A stretch of 64,000 nt of DNA from Paraspadella gotoi. Taxonomy: Eukaryota; Animalia; Chaetognatha. The position numbers were made by a program, and so were the translations under genes. Under the pieces are notes generated by a model, which saw only the letters and a program-made list of their open reading frames with translations, was not told the DNA's origin and ran no database searches. Shown in pieces: positions 49,797 through 62,223 of the stretch. The stretch lies in assembly GCA_051294375.1 (NCBI GenBank), contig CM119269.1, positions 20,503,976-20,567,975 on the forward strand. Reading direction: 5' to 3'. The first letter of the stretch is position 1. The number at the start of each line of letters is the position of its first letter.

Positions 49797-51608
49797 ATGA
49801 ACAATTTTATACTGAGATTCATCATCGTCGGCATTATTTTTTGCTTTGTGGCCAGAGCTAGAGGGCAGATAGGTAAAAATAATTTTGCAAATTTCATGTA
49901 TGTTATCGTGTCGAGTGTTTTTTTTTTAAATATCTTTGAAAAAAAATCGTATAACACTCTCAATTCACGTTTAGGCTGCACCGACTGTTTACACAATTGT
50001 CTAAAGAATGCATGTGGACTTGTAAGTATATGAAATTGGTTTAAGCTATATAAAAAAATATTTATTCATGTAAAAAGTAAGGAATATTTCTTCGAACTTT
50101 AACCCTAAAACTCTTATCATGTCCTAATACCGCAAAAACAAGTCATTATTTTTTTTAATCCCCTAGGACCCTGAATGCGCCTTTCACTTTCCGGAGGGTA
50201 ACTTGACAGCGCGAGTGATGGCCTACGTGTCGCCAGGCACCGTCATTCACAACTTCACCATTAACTATTTCATGAAGTTTGAGTGAGTTTGAATAAATGA
50301 TAAATGTTTAAAAAAGAAAAAAACCTAAGTTAACTTAACATGAAAATGTTTTTGTCGTGTCTACCGTGTTTTTTTGCCGATTTAAAAGAAGAAATTCACT
50401 TTTTTAAATCATTCCCATAACGTTAATGCATAATACCTTCTCGGCGACTTAAATAGTTCCTTCTTTTTAAGAATAAACTTTCGTCCTGTCGACAGAAACT
50501 CTGCGGGACCCTACGCGAAGCCTTACTCTCACCCTCTCTCAACGTACTTCGAATTCGGAAACAATGTAAAGAAGTTTTCTCGTCTCATCGCTCACTTCCG
50601 GGGCGACACCACGCCCATCCCCACAAATAAGTGGATACAAGTCACGCAAATATATATAGGTAAGGAGTAGAGGGAGGCGGCGGGGCACAAGGGAGGGATT
50701 CTAAGCCTCTGTCCCTACCTCACCCGCACCGCCAATCTAGTTTTGGGGCGAGGAGTGCATTAGGAAAAAGGGAAGAACGTAAATTAATGAACGATATAAA
50801 ACAAAATGAATAACGAATTAACTGAAAATGGAATTTCTTCCCTTGCAGGCAGTACCGGTTTCTCCAAGCTGTGGATCAACGGCTACGCGGTTCACAACCA
50901 AACGACCAACTGGATCGGACCGATCTATCCCGACGGTTTCTTCATTTTGGGTCAACGACTTAAGAAGTACGGATCCGTGATCAAGTTTAATCCCGCGCTT
51001 CGTTTCAGCGGAGTCATCTCCAGACTCTCTATTTGGGACGTGGTGAGTTATTGCTCTCATGTTTTCATTTCTAAAATTGCAATTATTTAGATTTACACGT
51101 TAAAGCCTCTACAATATTACATGATATCATCTATTTTATCTTTTCGATATGAAATAACAGTTTTAAGAAATAAAATTTGCATCAGTAACTTGAAACTATT
51201 ATGGCAGCGGTGGCATTCGAACACACGCCTCTGTTGAAACTTGCTACTGTAAATTCAGTTTTCTAATTAAAACCTCTCCAAGTTAAAATTTATATTAGAA
51301 TAAACTTCTCAGCTAAAATTTTCAAATTTTACCTAACGTCGCCATGTATGCATTTATTAGATTAAGTTCTTCTATTTATCTCGTTTTGTGTCAAATGCTA
51401 ATAATTTCTCCCCATCCCCTTTTCCCATTAGCTCCTGAGCGAGGAACATCTGGGCATCGTTCTGTCAGCCCGAACCAACTATCCTCCCGATCTACCGGAG
51501 CCGAATGTCATCTCCAACTTCAGACCGGACGGTGGGGCGAAGGCGCTGGACTCTTCATCGGACATGTGCTACATTAGCACAGCGCCACGGATCGCATGCT
51601 GCACTTGA
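49797..51608 (+). CDS. Secreted pentraxin/LamG (ConA-like) domain protein, 257 aa, 6 exons: 49797-49872, 49975-50021, 50167-50282, 50496-50659, 50849-51042, 51432-51608
   Basis: All introns are GT-AG with consistent phases and the CDS totals 774 nt. Signal peptide MNNFILRFIIVGIIFCFVARARG. Pentraxin-like motifs AFHFP, NFTINYF, NKWIQV, KLWING, GFFILGQ and FSGVISRLSIWDVLLSEE. Confidence 0.85.
51202..51285 (-). pseudogene. Degenerate tRNA-Leu-like relic in intron 5 of the pentraxin-like gene
   Basis: Minus strand ...AGAGGCGTGTGTTCGAATGCCACCGCTGCCA vs recalled eukaryotic tRNA-Leu 3' half GGAGGCGTGGGTTCGAATCCCACCGCTGCCA; the 5' half is decayed. Confidence 0.65.
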
Positions 51609-52507
51609 ATGCAATTGGATACAAGCCCGGACGATTTACGAAAATGGATTATTATAAGTGGTCAAAAATTGCCCCCCCAAAAAAATTAAAAAAAACAAAG
51701 TATGAATAGTTTTGACCACTTTTTCTAGCCGTATTTTGTAATTCTTACTAATTAATTCACTAGGCAAGCTTATTAACTTATTTACTAATAACATTTGCTT
51801 ATTAACTTTTTAGCGACTCGTTAATCGACTCTTGTACTGAATTGTTTTGTTTTTTGACATTGTTCTATTTTATTTTGAATTCATTCCGGTACATTTGGTG
51901 TTATTGTTTTTAACTTATTTCTTTTGATACTTAACGAATTTTTACTCAGTTCGTCTCTCACTCCTATATTATGGTTTGGAATTCCCCTTCATTGTGATTG
52001 TATAATGTATATATTTGAAAATATAGACGTGATGAAGTGTACTTTATGCTTTCGAAAATTTACAATAAAATACCAAAATTAGAATATAATCCGTTACTTG
52101 GGCAAAATTGTGAATTTCTTTTTCTTGTTCCCATCAACTTAATCTCTCCTTCCCCTTTCCCCTCGCTGCGGCGCCACAGGGACGAGGTGGCTGGAAAAAA
52201 AAAGTATAGAATTGAATGCGTCAAAAAGGAAACGATCCTGGTTCTAAGAGAAGGGGCGTTAACATTGAAGAATAAATCGATCAATTCATCAATCAATCAT
52301 TCAATCGATCAAGTATTCTGATAATCAAAAAATTGTGAAGAAACTAAATACATGAATCAATTAGTCGCTCATTCTATCAATCAACTAACCATCCAACTTT
52401 CCTTTTCCCAATCCCTTTCTCTTTTTCCCCCGCTCCACTCTTTCACCGCCCACTGTTCCAATTTTCTTTTTCATTTCAAAATCGGCCGGGTGTGATAAAT
52501 TCTCTCT

Positions 52508-52549
<42 letters not shown>

Positions 52550-52999
52550 CTCTCTTCTCTCTCTCCTCTCCTGCTCTCTCTATCTCTCTGCTCCTATCCC
52601 TATGCTATCTCCCTCCCTTTTCTTCTCCCGCTCTCTCGTAAACTCTGGCCCTCATTCCATTTTTATCGACGGAAACAAAAAACTATTTTGGCTTCGATTT
52701 CGAAACACCGATACTCGACGCCAAGTTTCTTGTTCGCTTTTCTTTGTTTTTGTTGTCCTTTTAGCGGATGTTCTTTTGTTATCGACCATATTATTGGGCG
52801 ATAAGTGACTGTCGATTTTTTTTCCCCTTTTTTTTTTTCTTAATCCTTAGATCTGCTTTTTTCGCGGATTTAATACGTTACAACAAGACGATACATCAAT
52901 ACGAGATTGGAAAACATGAGAGTAAAGACTGAGGACTAAGTGAGGAGTGAGAATGTACGACGAGAAAACATAAGATTTTCTTACATTATACCTCCTCAG

Positions 53000-53104
53000 A
53001 TTTAGGAAAAACAGTTTTAATGTGGCAACGAATTTTATTGACAAGTAAGTCCGACTTACTTGTCAATAAAATTCGTTGCCACATTAAAACTGTTTTTCCT
53101 AAAT
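53000..53104. repeat. Perfect palindrome: 52-bp arms, 1-nt spacer
   Basis: ATTTAGGAAAAACAGTTTTAATGTGGCAACGAATTTTATTGACAAGTAAGTC-C-GACTTACTTGTCAATAAAATTCGTTGCCACATTAAAACTGTTTTTCCTAAAT. Confidence 0.95.
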
Positions 53105-53256
53105 GCTAAAAAACAACGAAATCGAAAGTCTATACATAACCTCCTCAGATAAATACTATTTTAAATAGATAAAGTGTCAGATCGATAGATTCCCTAGTAA
53201 GGTCACAAAAACTCTTTCAAATTTATTTACAGCGGTAGGTAGTTAAATATGTAGAT

Positions 53257-53257
<1 letters not shown>

Positions 53258-53342
<85 letters not shown>
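53258..53342. repeat. (GATA)n microsatellite
   Basis: Directly visible. Confidence 0.95.
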
Positions 53343-53345
<3 letters not shown>

Positions 53346-53617
53346 AGATAAGATAAGATAGATTAGATAGAAACTATCGGACGGACGCATATATATTCCC
53401 TTCGCCCTCGGCCATCGAAGCGAGTAAACGACCTGCATATTTTTCTTCTTTCTTACAACAACAACGACGACAACAACATTCGAGTGAAACGAATCGGAAC
53501 GAACCCTATAAAAGAAAATTTTTTTCCGGTTTTCTTACCATTTTCTTTCAATTTTTTTCCTTTTTTATGGAGACGCAACGTCGTTTCTGCTTCGACTGAC
53601 TTCAAAATGAATTAAAA

Positions 53618-54836
53618 ATGGTAAGTTCCATATGTTAGTTGAACCCGTTCCTTCAACTCGACCAACACGTAGGGTTTTTTTTTCACTTTAGTTTTTATTT
53701 AAAAATAGAAACATTAAATCATTAAATCGTTAAATCAGTTGTCCACCAAATCAGGACAAATCTACTCAAACGCTGCCGGGCGGCGCAGACTGCCGCTGCG
53801 GCCGCGGGCGCCGCAGACACTCGATCGACGTTGATCGTTTCGAGCGCTTCGACCGCTACTGCGACCGCTGCGACCGCTTCGATGGGTCCGAAAAATGCGA
53901 CCGCTTCGACCGCTTCGACTGGTTCGACCGCTTCGACCGTAACAACGAGAAATACTTTTACGGAAATCGATACGGTAATCGATACTCTAATCGATACGGC
54001 AGAAACTACGGAGTTGATAGACTCGACAGCATTCGAGATTTCGTCGATGAGTATTTGATGAGAAGTCAGGAGACGAGGAAGAGCAGAGGAGGAGGAAGAG
54101 GAGGTGGAGAAGAGAGAAACTTCGAAAGGTAAGGATTATTTCTTCATCTATTTATTTCTTTCTTTCTGTTTTTCTGCGGTTTTTGTTTTTGTTTTTTGTT
54201 TTGTTTTTTTTTGTTTTGTTTTTACGTTTGTACTTTCTCGCTTACTTTCTTTCTCTTTTTATTTTCCTTTTTTTTTCTCATTCTGTCGGTCAAAATCTCC
54301 ACTATTTTTTTTTTCCAGAGATGAAATCGAGAAGAAATACGCGGATTTCGTGAAAATATTTCTGGAACGCAGATATCACGAATGGAAAGAGTAAGCGGAA
54401 GACCGTCAGTCATTATATATATTAAGTAGCATGTATGACTATCAACCGACCCTTAATTGAGGGCTTATGTATTGAGAAACTAATCAGTTATCTGTTACAG
54501 TCAGTCGTTAGTGGTGAGCGCGAAGCCCACAGTCCGTGAAAAAAAAAGTGAGAAAAGCTATACCTCCCAGTGACGATTTGTTGTTATAACCTCCCGGCTC
54601 TTCACTCCCTTCAGTCCCTCCCCCAACGCCCTCAGTTTTGAGTCATTGCTTCCTATTCGCGAAGGCTTAAGCGGCGTCAGGCGGCGTCAGGCAGCGTCAG
54701 GCAGCGTCAGTCTGTTCGGGCGTGTTATATATAGAATCCAATCTGGAGTCAGGGCAAGTGAAAGATTTATAGCTCCCCTATCGCCATGGCTTTACGGGAG
54801 AATGTTAGTCGAAGCCAACCCGTTTTTCCTTGCGAT

Positions 54837-54933
<97 letters not shown>

Positions 54934-56066
54934 TTATGTTTCGGGTCCTAAAACTAACTTTGGATATAACTTAGGAAAAGAGACAATCAGGATCAAGTAG
55001 TTACATGTCAACAACAACAACAACAACAACTCTTGTTTTTATTTTTCAGTTCGATGAAACGAAAATCGACGTCGGCAAAAGACGACGCTCGACGATCCGG
55101 CGACGAAGGCCCCGCGCCCGGCGCTCATCCCGGCGTCAATCAAGGAGGCAACACCGACGTCAAAGGTCGCCCCGACTGGACCGACCTGACGACGGACTAC
55201 GACGACGACGACGACGAGACACGTTACGACGGCGACGACGACGATCACGGCAAAGTAAGTCCGCTTTGATATGATAGACAAGGAACGTTATATTCGCTTA
55301 AGCTTCTTTTTAAGCGGATCTGGCGTTTAGGAGAAAGCCCCTCTAATCTTTCAAATATCAGTATTCTCTCCTTTTCTCACCCGTTTGCCCCCGTCCCTCT
55401 GATTTCATTCCTGCCTTATGTTTTACACTTTCCTTCTTCCTTTTTCTCCCTTTCTTCCGATTCCACTCTTCCTCCCCCCCCCCTTCTTTCCCCCCGCCTC
55501 TCCATTCCGAACTTTCTTTACTTTCCACTCCAGCTCGAGTCAATCATTCCTGCCCCTTTCCTTCCTTCTTTGTCTTTGCTCCAAACTTCGTCATGCGAAT
55601 AATACTGACGTTTTTTTATTTATTTATAAGATCAAAAAAGTGTTCTTTTTTTTTTAATTTTCGCTTCACGGTCCATTGCTGACAAAAAAAAAGTTTCACC
55701 AGCAATCGGCAGATGCGGAGATCGGGAAAATGTCTTTTGGTATTGGAATTAAATATGTAGAGGTGATTTGGTGACGGGGTTTTCTCCGTCTTTGGTCATT
55801 GCCAAGGCATTACGCAATTGCAAAATTTGTCAAGTTATAAAAATTTTAAAAAGTATGAAACTAAATCAAAGTCTGACTTTAATGTAAAAAAACTTGTTGT
55901 CTTTCCTCTCAAGGACGGGGACGACGATCCTGGTGTTCGTTCGGACGCCAACGTCGACGCGCGGTGCGAGTGTCGGCACGAAGGTCGGCAGGGCCGGCAA
56001 GGTCGGCAGGAGGATAGAAGGGATTTGGATCAACACGACACATCTTTACCGCCGAATCCTGATCAG
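53618..56066 (+). CDS. Orphan low-complexity protein; exons 53618-53620 (ATG), 53755-54128, 54319-54390, 55050-55254, 55914-56066; further exons likely to ~57435
   Basis: AAAATG|gtaagt, then tcag|DKSTQTLPGGADCRCGRGRRRHSIDVDRFERFDRYCDRCDRF...NFE-R|gtaagg, ccag|DEIEKKYADFVKIFLERRYHEWK-D|gtaagc, tcag|SMKRKSTS...DDDDHGK|gtaagt, caag|DGDDDPG...PPNPDQ|gtttag. Phases 0/2/2/0 chain without stops, and the exons are GC-rich islands. Confidence 0.7.
54838..54930. repeat. (GA)n microsatellite
   Basis: Directly visible. Confidence 0.95.
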
Positions 56067-56327
56067 GTTTAGTTGGGTTTTCTTTTGTTTGTTTGTGTTT
56101 TTTTTTTTCTCTCGTTTTCTTTGGTTTTTGTATGCTAATCGTAACAAACAACTAAAAAAGCATTTGCGGTCAAGTCAGGCAGTTTCTGGTCATCGACTTT
56201 TTTTTATTGATTTTTTTTTTTAATTATTACTTTCGTTCTTTCTGACTGTCTGTCTGTTCTGTCTGTCTGTCTGTCTTTGCTTTCTTTCTTTCTTTCTCTT
56301 CTTTTCTTTCTTTCTTTCTTTCTTTCT

Positions 56328-56363
<36 letters not shown>

Positions 56364-58934
56364 TTTTAATTTTCTCTTTCGTCCTTCGACCTCACAACGA
56401 CGAAAATAACGACGACGTCACCACTTAACTCTCCCTCGCCTTCACCTTTGGCGATTTTTTTTCGCGCCCGCCGCTGCCGCCGCCGCCGCCACTGCCGCCG
56501 CCGCCGCTACCGGCGTCTCAGCCGCCTTTGGAAAGTAAGTCGAAGAGTTTCCAATCGACGAAGAGATGATTTATGATTCCATTCGTCGTCGTCGTAATCG
56601 TCGTTAAGGTCGTCGTCGTCGTCAGTCGTTTTCGTCGTAATCCCAAGAAATTAGTCGAGGAGTGAGAATCGTTCGAGCGCAGTAGGATTATTGGAATGGT
56701 AAGAGTTATCCGGGGCCGTGACTAATTTCCAGCCTTTGTCTAGTTCCGGGAGTGGTATGGGTCTCCTGACGCGACTGGGCCACAACGACGACAACGACGA
56801 CAACGACGAGGTGAAGATAAGCTGCAACCGGGGAAAGGGTAAAAATGATAAATGGATTTTGGCAAAATCGACTCATTTTTAATGTTTTACCTTTTTTATT
56901 TATTCAGACGTTCGCCGTTTCTATTTTCGAGATACCGAAGCTGATTTCCCACCCACAACCCAACTCCATTTTTTTTTCCAATTATACTTACCACCCCAAG
57001 TTTTCAAATCCCCCTCTGACTTATCGTATAAACCATACAATTTCGATTAATAACTAGAATAGTTTTTTTACCTAATCCTTTACAATTAAAATCATTTTTC
57101 CCCCTTCGTGGTCAAGCAAACTGTTTCATTTTTTTCCCCAAGTTTATTATTAATTTGAATTCTTATTTTAACCTCATTAACCTCAAAGACACCACAAATA
57201 GCAAATTCGTTTTCAAATGTTTTTTTTCTTTTTCTTTTTTTTTGGTGTGTGTGTTGTTATTGAAAGCAAAAATGGGCCATCGATACCGCGTTGAAAGTTA
57301 ATCTTTGTATCACAACGAACTAATTATTTTTTTAACCGACCCTCATATCCGCAGCATCAATGCCCTTACCTGGACAAAACAAAAGCGCAGCGCCGTAAAC
57401 GATCGCCGAAGAAGAGATATAACGAGGGCAGCCGAGTAAGTTTCACTCGACCGTATTATTGAGGGTCTTGTTTTTTTTTTAGGTTTTCTGAATAAGCAAT
57501 TTAATTCTGGAAGGGCGGCTGTTTCAAATATAGAAAACTTTGAAAGCCATTTCCGTTTTGTTTAAAAATTTTCTTATTTTCACGAGCGATAACGAAAAGT
57601 CACGCGATTCACGCTCGAACTAATTAGTTTTTTAAAAAATTCTTTTTATTTATTTTGTTTTAAGGCTGTTTTTAAAATTAAAAAGATTTAGAGATGGTTT
57701 TGAGTCGGGAAAAAGACGAAATGCCTTAGAGGGGATAATGTAAATAAAAAAAAAATAAAAAAATAAATTCAATATAGAGACCACAAGAAAAAAATCTTGA
57801 GAGGTTTTGAATTTTTTCTTCTTTGCCGTTCACTCAAGCTTTTACGAAAAATCGCCAGTTTTTCAATTTCTCTTTCTATTTAATTTTTATTAGTTCATTA
57901 TTCTTTCCATACTTCATTAAGTTTTCATATTTACTTCTTGCTATTTTTTTTCATTAAATTATTATTTTTTTTGTAATATTTGTTAGGTTTTTTTTTTCTT
58001 CATTTCTATACCATTTTACACTTGATTCCTTGTTTTCCCCCATTTCATTTTTTGTCATCCATTTCCCCCGCCTCGCGACATTTCGAGTCACTTCATCCTC
58101 TTCCTCAAATACTTTTTTTTCGAGTGTTTACGGTTGTTTTACATACATTTTAACTTTTGTTTACGATTTGTTCGCGACAACTTGTGTTCTCCACCAAAAC
58201 ATCATTGCTCTTTTTCACCATTTTTTCGACGCAAAAGTTACTTTTTGTAAAAAAATGCTTATGAATGTTGAAATGTAAGCCTTTGTAATATTTTTTTTTT
58301 TTTAAATAAACTTAAGGATACGCAAGTGAAAAGTCGGACAGAAGCTTTTTAACCGGAGGAATGTGTCATTTTTAAATGTGATGGTGGGATGTTAGTGTTA
58401 TCTTCAAGAAATAGAGGGAACATCTATACAACACATGGTTAAAAATTACTTTCTGCTCTTGTTTTCTAGGAAGATATTAACCATAATTCTTATAAGGAAG
58501 TAATTTATTAAAAAATCAAAATATCATAAGGTCTGAACAGAAAAGGGTGGAGGGGATATTTTGTTATAGGATTAAGAATATTTATGATTCGTTATTGTTA
58601 AAGGATAAGACTAATGAGATATATGTTTATGTATGTTTTTATTCCATCAAACAAAGACGGAATATGTATAATATCTTATTATCCTATAATAATTTAATTT
58701 AAAATATTACTCTTACCTTTTTTTATAAAAACTTTATGATTATTGTGTTACCTTCAATAAGACAGAACAACTTTTACTAGATATGAATTTCACTGTAATA
58801 CAGAAAAAAAAATAGCCAATTAAAGACCAAAATCAAAATAAAAATATAAATTCTATTCTATAAATGAACCTAACAATTTCAGTCCTGTGGACAAGTTTTA
58901 AAAAATTAAAATATACTTATATACTTTTCTTTCG

Positions 58935-59730
58935 TTTATTAGTCGGATCTGCTTTCACCAGATCCCGACTCTATAATTCACTTTGTCGGTTCGTCGGTCC
59001 GCCCCCTCAATCTTGTTGGGCATTCACTTATATCATATCAGAACATCGAATTAAGATAAATTATACCAATTATATTATAATATATATATATATATAAATT
59101 ATACTGTCTGTCTGTCTGTCTGTCCGTCTGTCTGTCCGTCCCACCTTAGCAAAAAACACTAATTACTCGTGATTGGAAGGATGGATTGGAATGAAATTTT
59201 GTGTGTGGGTAGGGAAGTGTTTGATTGAGCTGGATATGAAGTTTCGATGGCATCGTCCAAAATGGAAATGAGTTTAAATAGAAAAAAAAATATATTTCAC
59301 TATTTGAATACCAATTACTCATGAGTTGATGGGGCAATTGACTTGAAATTTTGTATTTTGGTAGAAAAGTGTGTGATTAAACTGGAAATTAAGTTTCGAT
59401 GGAATCGTTTGAGTGGAAATGAGTTTAAATGGAAAACACAAAGAACCTGTTTCACTAATTGATTATGCTTCTTTTTCTTTTTATTTTAAATATAAATGCA
59501 AGATGAATTAATTAATCAAATAATTAATCAGTCAATTAATCAATCAAAACAAACATTTTGGATCAAATTAATTAATTAATAGCCTAATTAATTAAATAAT
59601 TAACTTGAATAAATTAATTATTAATTAATTAAATAATTAAATAACCTGAATTAATTATTAATTAATTAATTATTAATTATGATAATGATCGTGGGCAGAT
59701 CCGACATTGTTTGCTCAAACTTGTTGTTAT
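58935..59730 (+). mobile_element. Non-autonomous Helentron-associated (HINE/DINE-1-like) element
   Basis: SubTIRs GTCGGATCTGC (58942-58952) / GCAGATCCGAC (59695-59705). Short partial IR next to the 5' subTIR (CAGATCCCGAC), (GTCT/GTCC)n tract ~59105-59140, internal ~150-bp-period duplication (~59190 and ~59344), 3' stem-loop GTTTG-CT-CAAAC, and T-rich ends. Confidence 0.7.
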
Positions 59731-60033
59731 GTAAATAATTATTTTCTATTTTCTATCTTTAAATCCCATTTCTTTTTTCTTATTTCGTTAGCTTCTTCGC
59801 GATTATCTGAACAGCTTCGCCGACTAACAAAATTAGGCGAGCCGACAAAGTTTTGGCCGACGATCGAAATCGCGTCGGCAACTGACTCGTCGGCCTCGAT
59901 TTTGCCCTGGCGGACCGACAAGTCATCACTGGCGCCGATCGTGACATGGCTTCCGGTTGCCATGACGTCACTGACGGTCGCCATGTCAACGCTTGGGATT
60001 AAAATCAAGAACGAGAAGCAAATATCTGTCGAA

Positions 60034-60035
<2 letters not shown>

Positions 60036-60112
<77 letters not shown>
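60036..60112. repeat. (CT)n microsatellite
   Basis: Directly visible. Confidence 0.95.
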
Positions 60113-60117
<5 letters not shown>

Positions 60118-60404
60118 TATTTTTCTTCCCCTTCCAATATTTTTTTTCCATCTCCTGACTTTTTTTTCTAAAAAGAAATATACATAAAAACTAGAAATGG
60201 ACGACGAATTAAAAATTCAGAGTGAGGAAAACCGAGATGGAAACGTGATTAACTTTTTTTTCTTCTTTAATTGAATTCTCACATTACTGTTTATTCGAAT
60301 ATCAAAAATTGAATCAACTAGAATCACGGATGTTTTCAATCCTGCTGATCTAATTAATTAAACTGAACTTTCAATTCATTAGTTCATTATGATTATAATA
60401 GTTT

Positions 60405-60406
<2 letters not shown>

Positions 60407-60443
<37 letters not shown>

Positions 60444-60510
60444 TGATTTGATTGATTGATTGATTGATTGAATTGATTGATTGATTGATTAATTGATTGA
60501 TTGATTGATT
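60407..60510. repeat. (GATT)n imperfect microsatellite
   Basis: Directly visible. Confidence 0.9.
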
Positions 60511-60598
60511 CGATTGAATATTGCCTTCTAGAAGGCAGTCGACCTCTGGCTAGTTTTAGAAAGACGTCATGAAAAATCAAGTGAAAAAAAGAAGAGAG

Positions 60599-60661
<63 letters not shown>

Positions 60662-61631
60662 CGGAGCAAGCCCTTTCCAAACGACGAATAGCCTTTGCTT
60701 TTATGTCATTTTAAGGCGGCCTAACTTAAAGTGTTGCCACTGTTGCCGTGGCTGTGATTGGAAGAATTGTAGTAAGTCCTAACGGATTTTTACAATATTT
60801 TCATTATTTCATCTCATTATTCGTCAATTTACGCGCTTTTAACTACAATAGAGTAAGTTAATAACCGGGCTCGAACCCCAGACGCCGACTAAGGAAACGC
60901 CGCTCTTTCTCCGCCGACCAGACCAGTCTTGACTTCGCCACGCCCAACCATTTTCGCGCGGCGCGGGGAAGGGAAAGAGTATGACGACGTGGGGTGCGAA
61001 GCGAGAAGGGAGGGGGGGCGGAGGGATGAAGGCGGCGTTGTCCGAAATCTCAAGGCGACTCAATTTGGCAATAAAAATGGCGGATTTCGCCCGAGGAAAT
61101 ATAATGTCATTTTTATAAGGGTCGCAGTTTTTTTGGGGGTTTTTTTTCCCCCGTTTTTTGGTTGTATTTTTTTTTTTTTAAATACTAACATAAATTTGAC
61201 AGAATTTGTTCAGATTTTTTTAGGAAATTTTGCGAATAAACTTCATTGAAACGGAATAATTTAAATTAATTTAAATTAATTTAAATAATAATTTAAAAAA
61301 GCAAAGGTAAACCTTGAAACCGGAACTTGACTTGACGGACGACCGATAACCGACGTCACCAGACGTCGACTGGCGTCAATAGATTTCAACAGAAAAACAC
61401 AAACCCGCGTCAAAAAAAAAAAAAATAAAATAAAACTGAAAGCTAAAAAAAATTGTGAAGGCTTAAATTTTCTCCACTCTCCCCTGATGTTAGTGCAGTT
61501 ACGCTCGAAAGAGAAAAAATAAATTTTCCAACCAATAAATTCTTCGTCGCCACAAATCCAGCCAATCATCGTTTGAATCGGTCGAGCGAGCAATCTTAAC
61601 TCATGGGGCAGTCGATCGAGTGTTATAGTAA

Positions 61632-61668
<37 letters not shown>

Positions 61669-61940
61669 TGCATCTCAAACCGAACGTGAGTCGATACTGT
61701 CGGATGACTGCGTTGCTTGATGCGCGTGTTTACGTTTTTTTTAACTCCAATTAAGATGAATAAATAAAAAGAAAATACAAGGTTTAAAATTAAATCAAGA
61801 GATGACTTTCTGAAAAGAAGGCTTATGACAAAAGACGTCGGGGTAAATCTCTATCAGGCGCCGTCAACTGAACACTTTCGTTTTATTAAAATCATTTAAA
61901 AAATGTCTCTGAATAAATCGGTGACATTTCTTCCTCTCTC

Positions 61941-62010
<70 letters not shown>

Positions 62011-62019
62011 TTTTCTGGT

Positions 62020-62223
62020 GAGTGAGACTACTATTCTATCTTCTGTGCTCCCTCAGCAGCAAGAGAACTTTCCCTGGCTTGGAACCAGGCTTGCGGATTT
62101 TCCAGGCCCCCGAGGCGGTTTACGCCCGTCCTCACGCTTTCCGCAAGGGTAGGTGCTATTGTGGATCGATCCCCGTACCTAATGGTCATGAACTGATGGT
62201 ATTAACTCAATGAACCAACGGGC
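62020..62223 (-). mobile_element. tRNA-derived SINE copy
   Basis: Colinear with 44320-44493 (GGCTTGGAACCAGGCTTG, CCGTCCTCACGCTT, GTACCTAATGGTCATGAACTGA, ACTCAATGAACCA). Confidence 0.75.

Noticed and set aside
54671-54710. (GCRGCGTCAG)4 decamer repeat
   Set aside because: Short intronic minisatellite with no further supporting structure.
55087-55110. ARRSGDEG resembling BH3 LRRIGDEF
   Set aside because: All key hydrophobic positions are missing.
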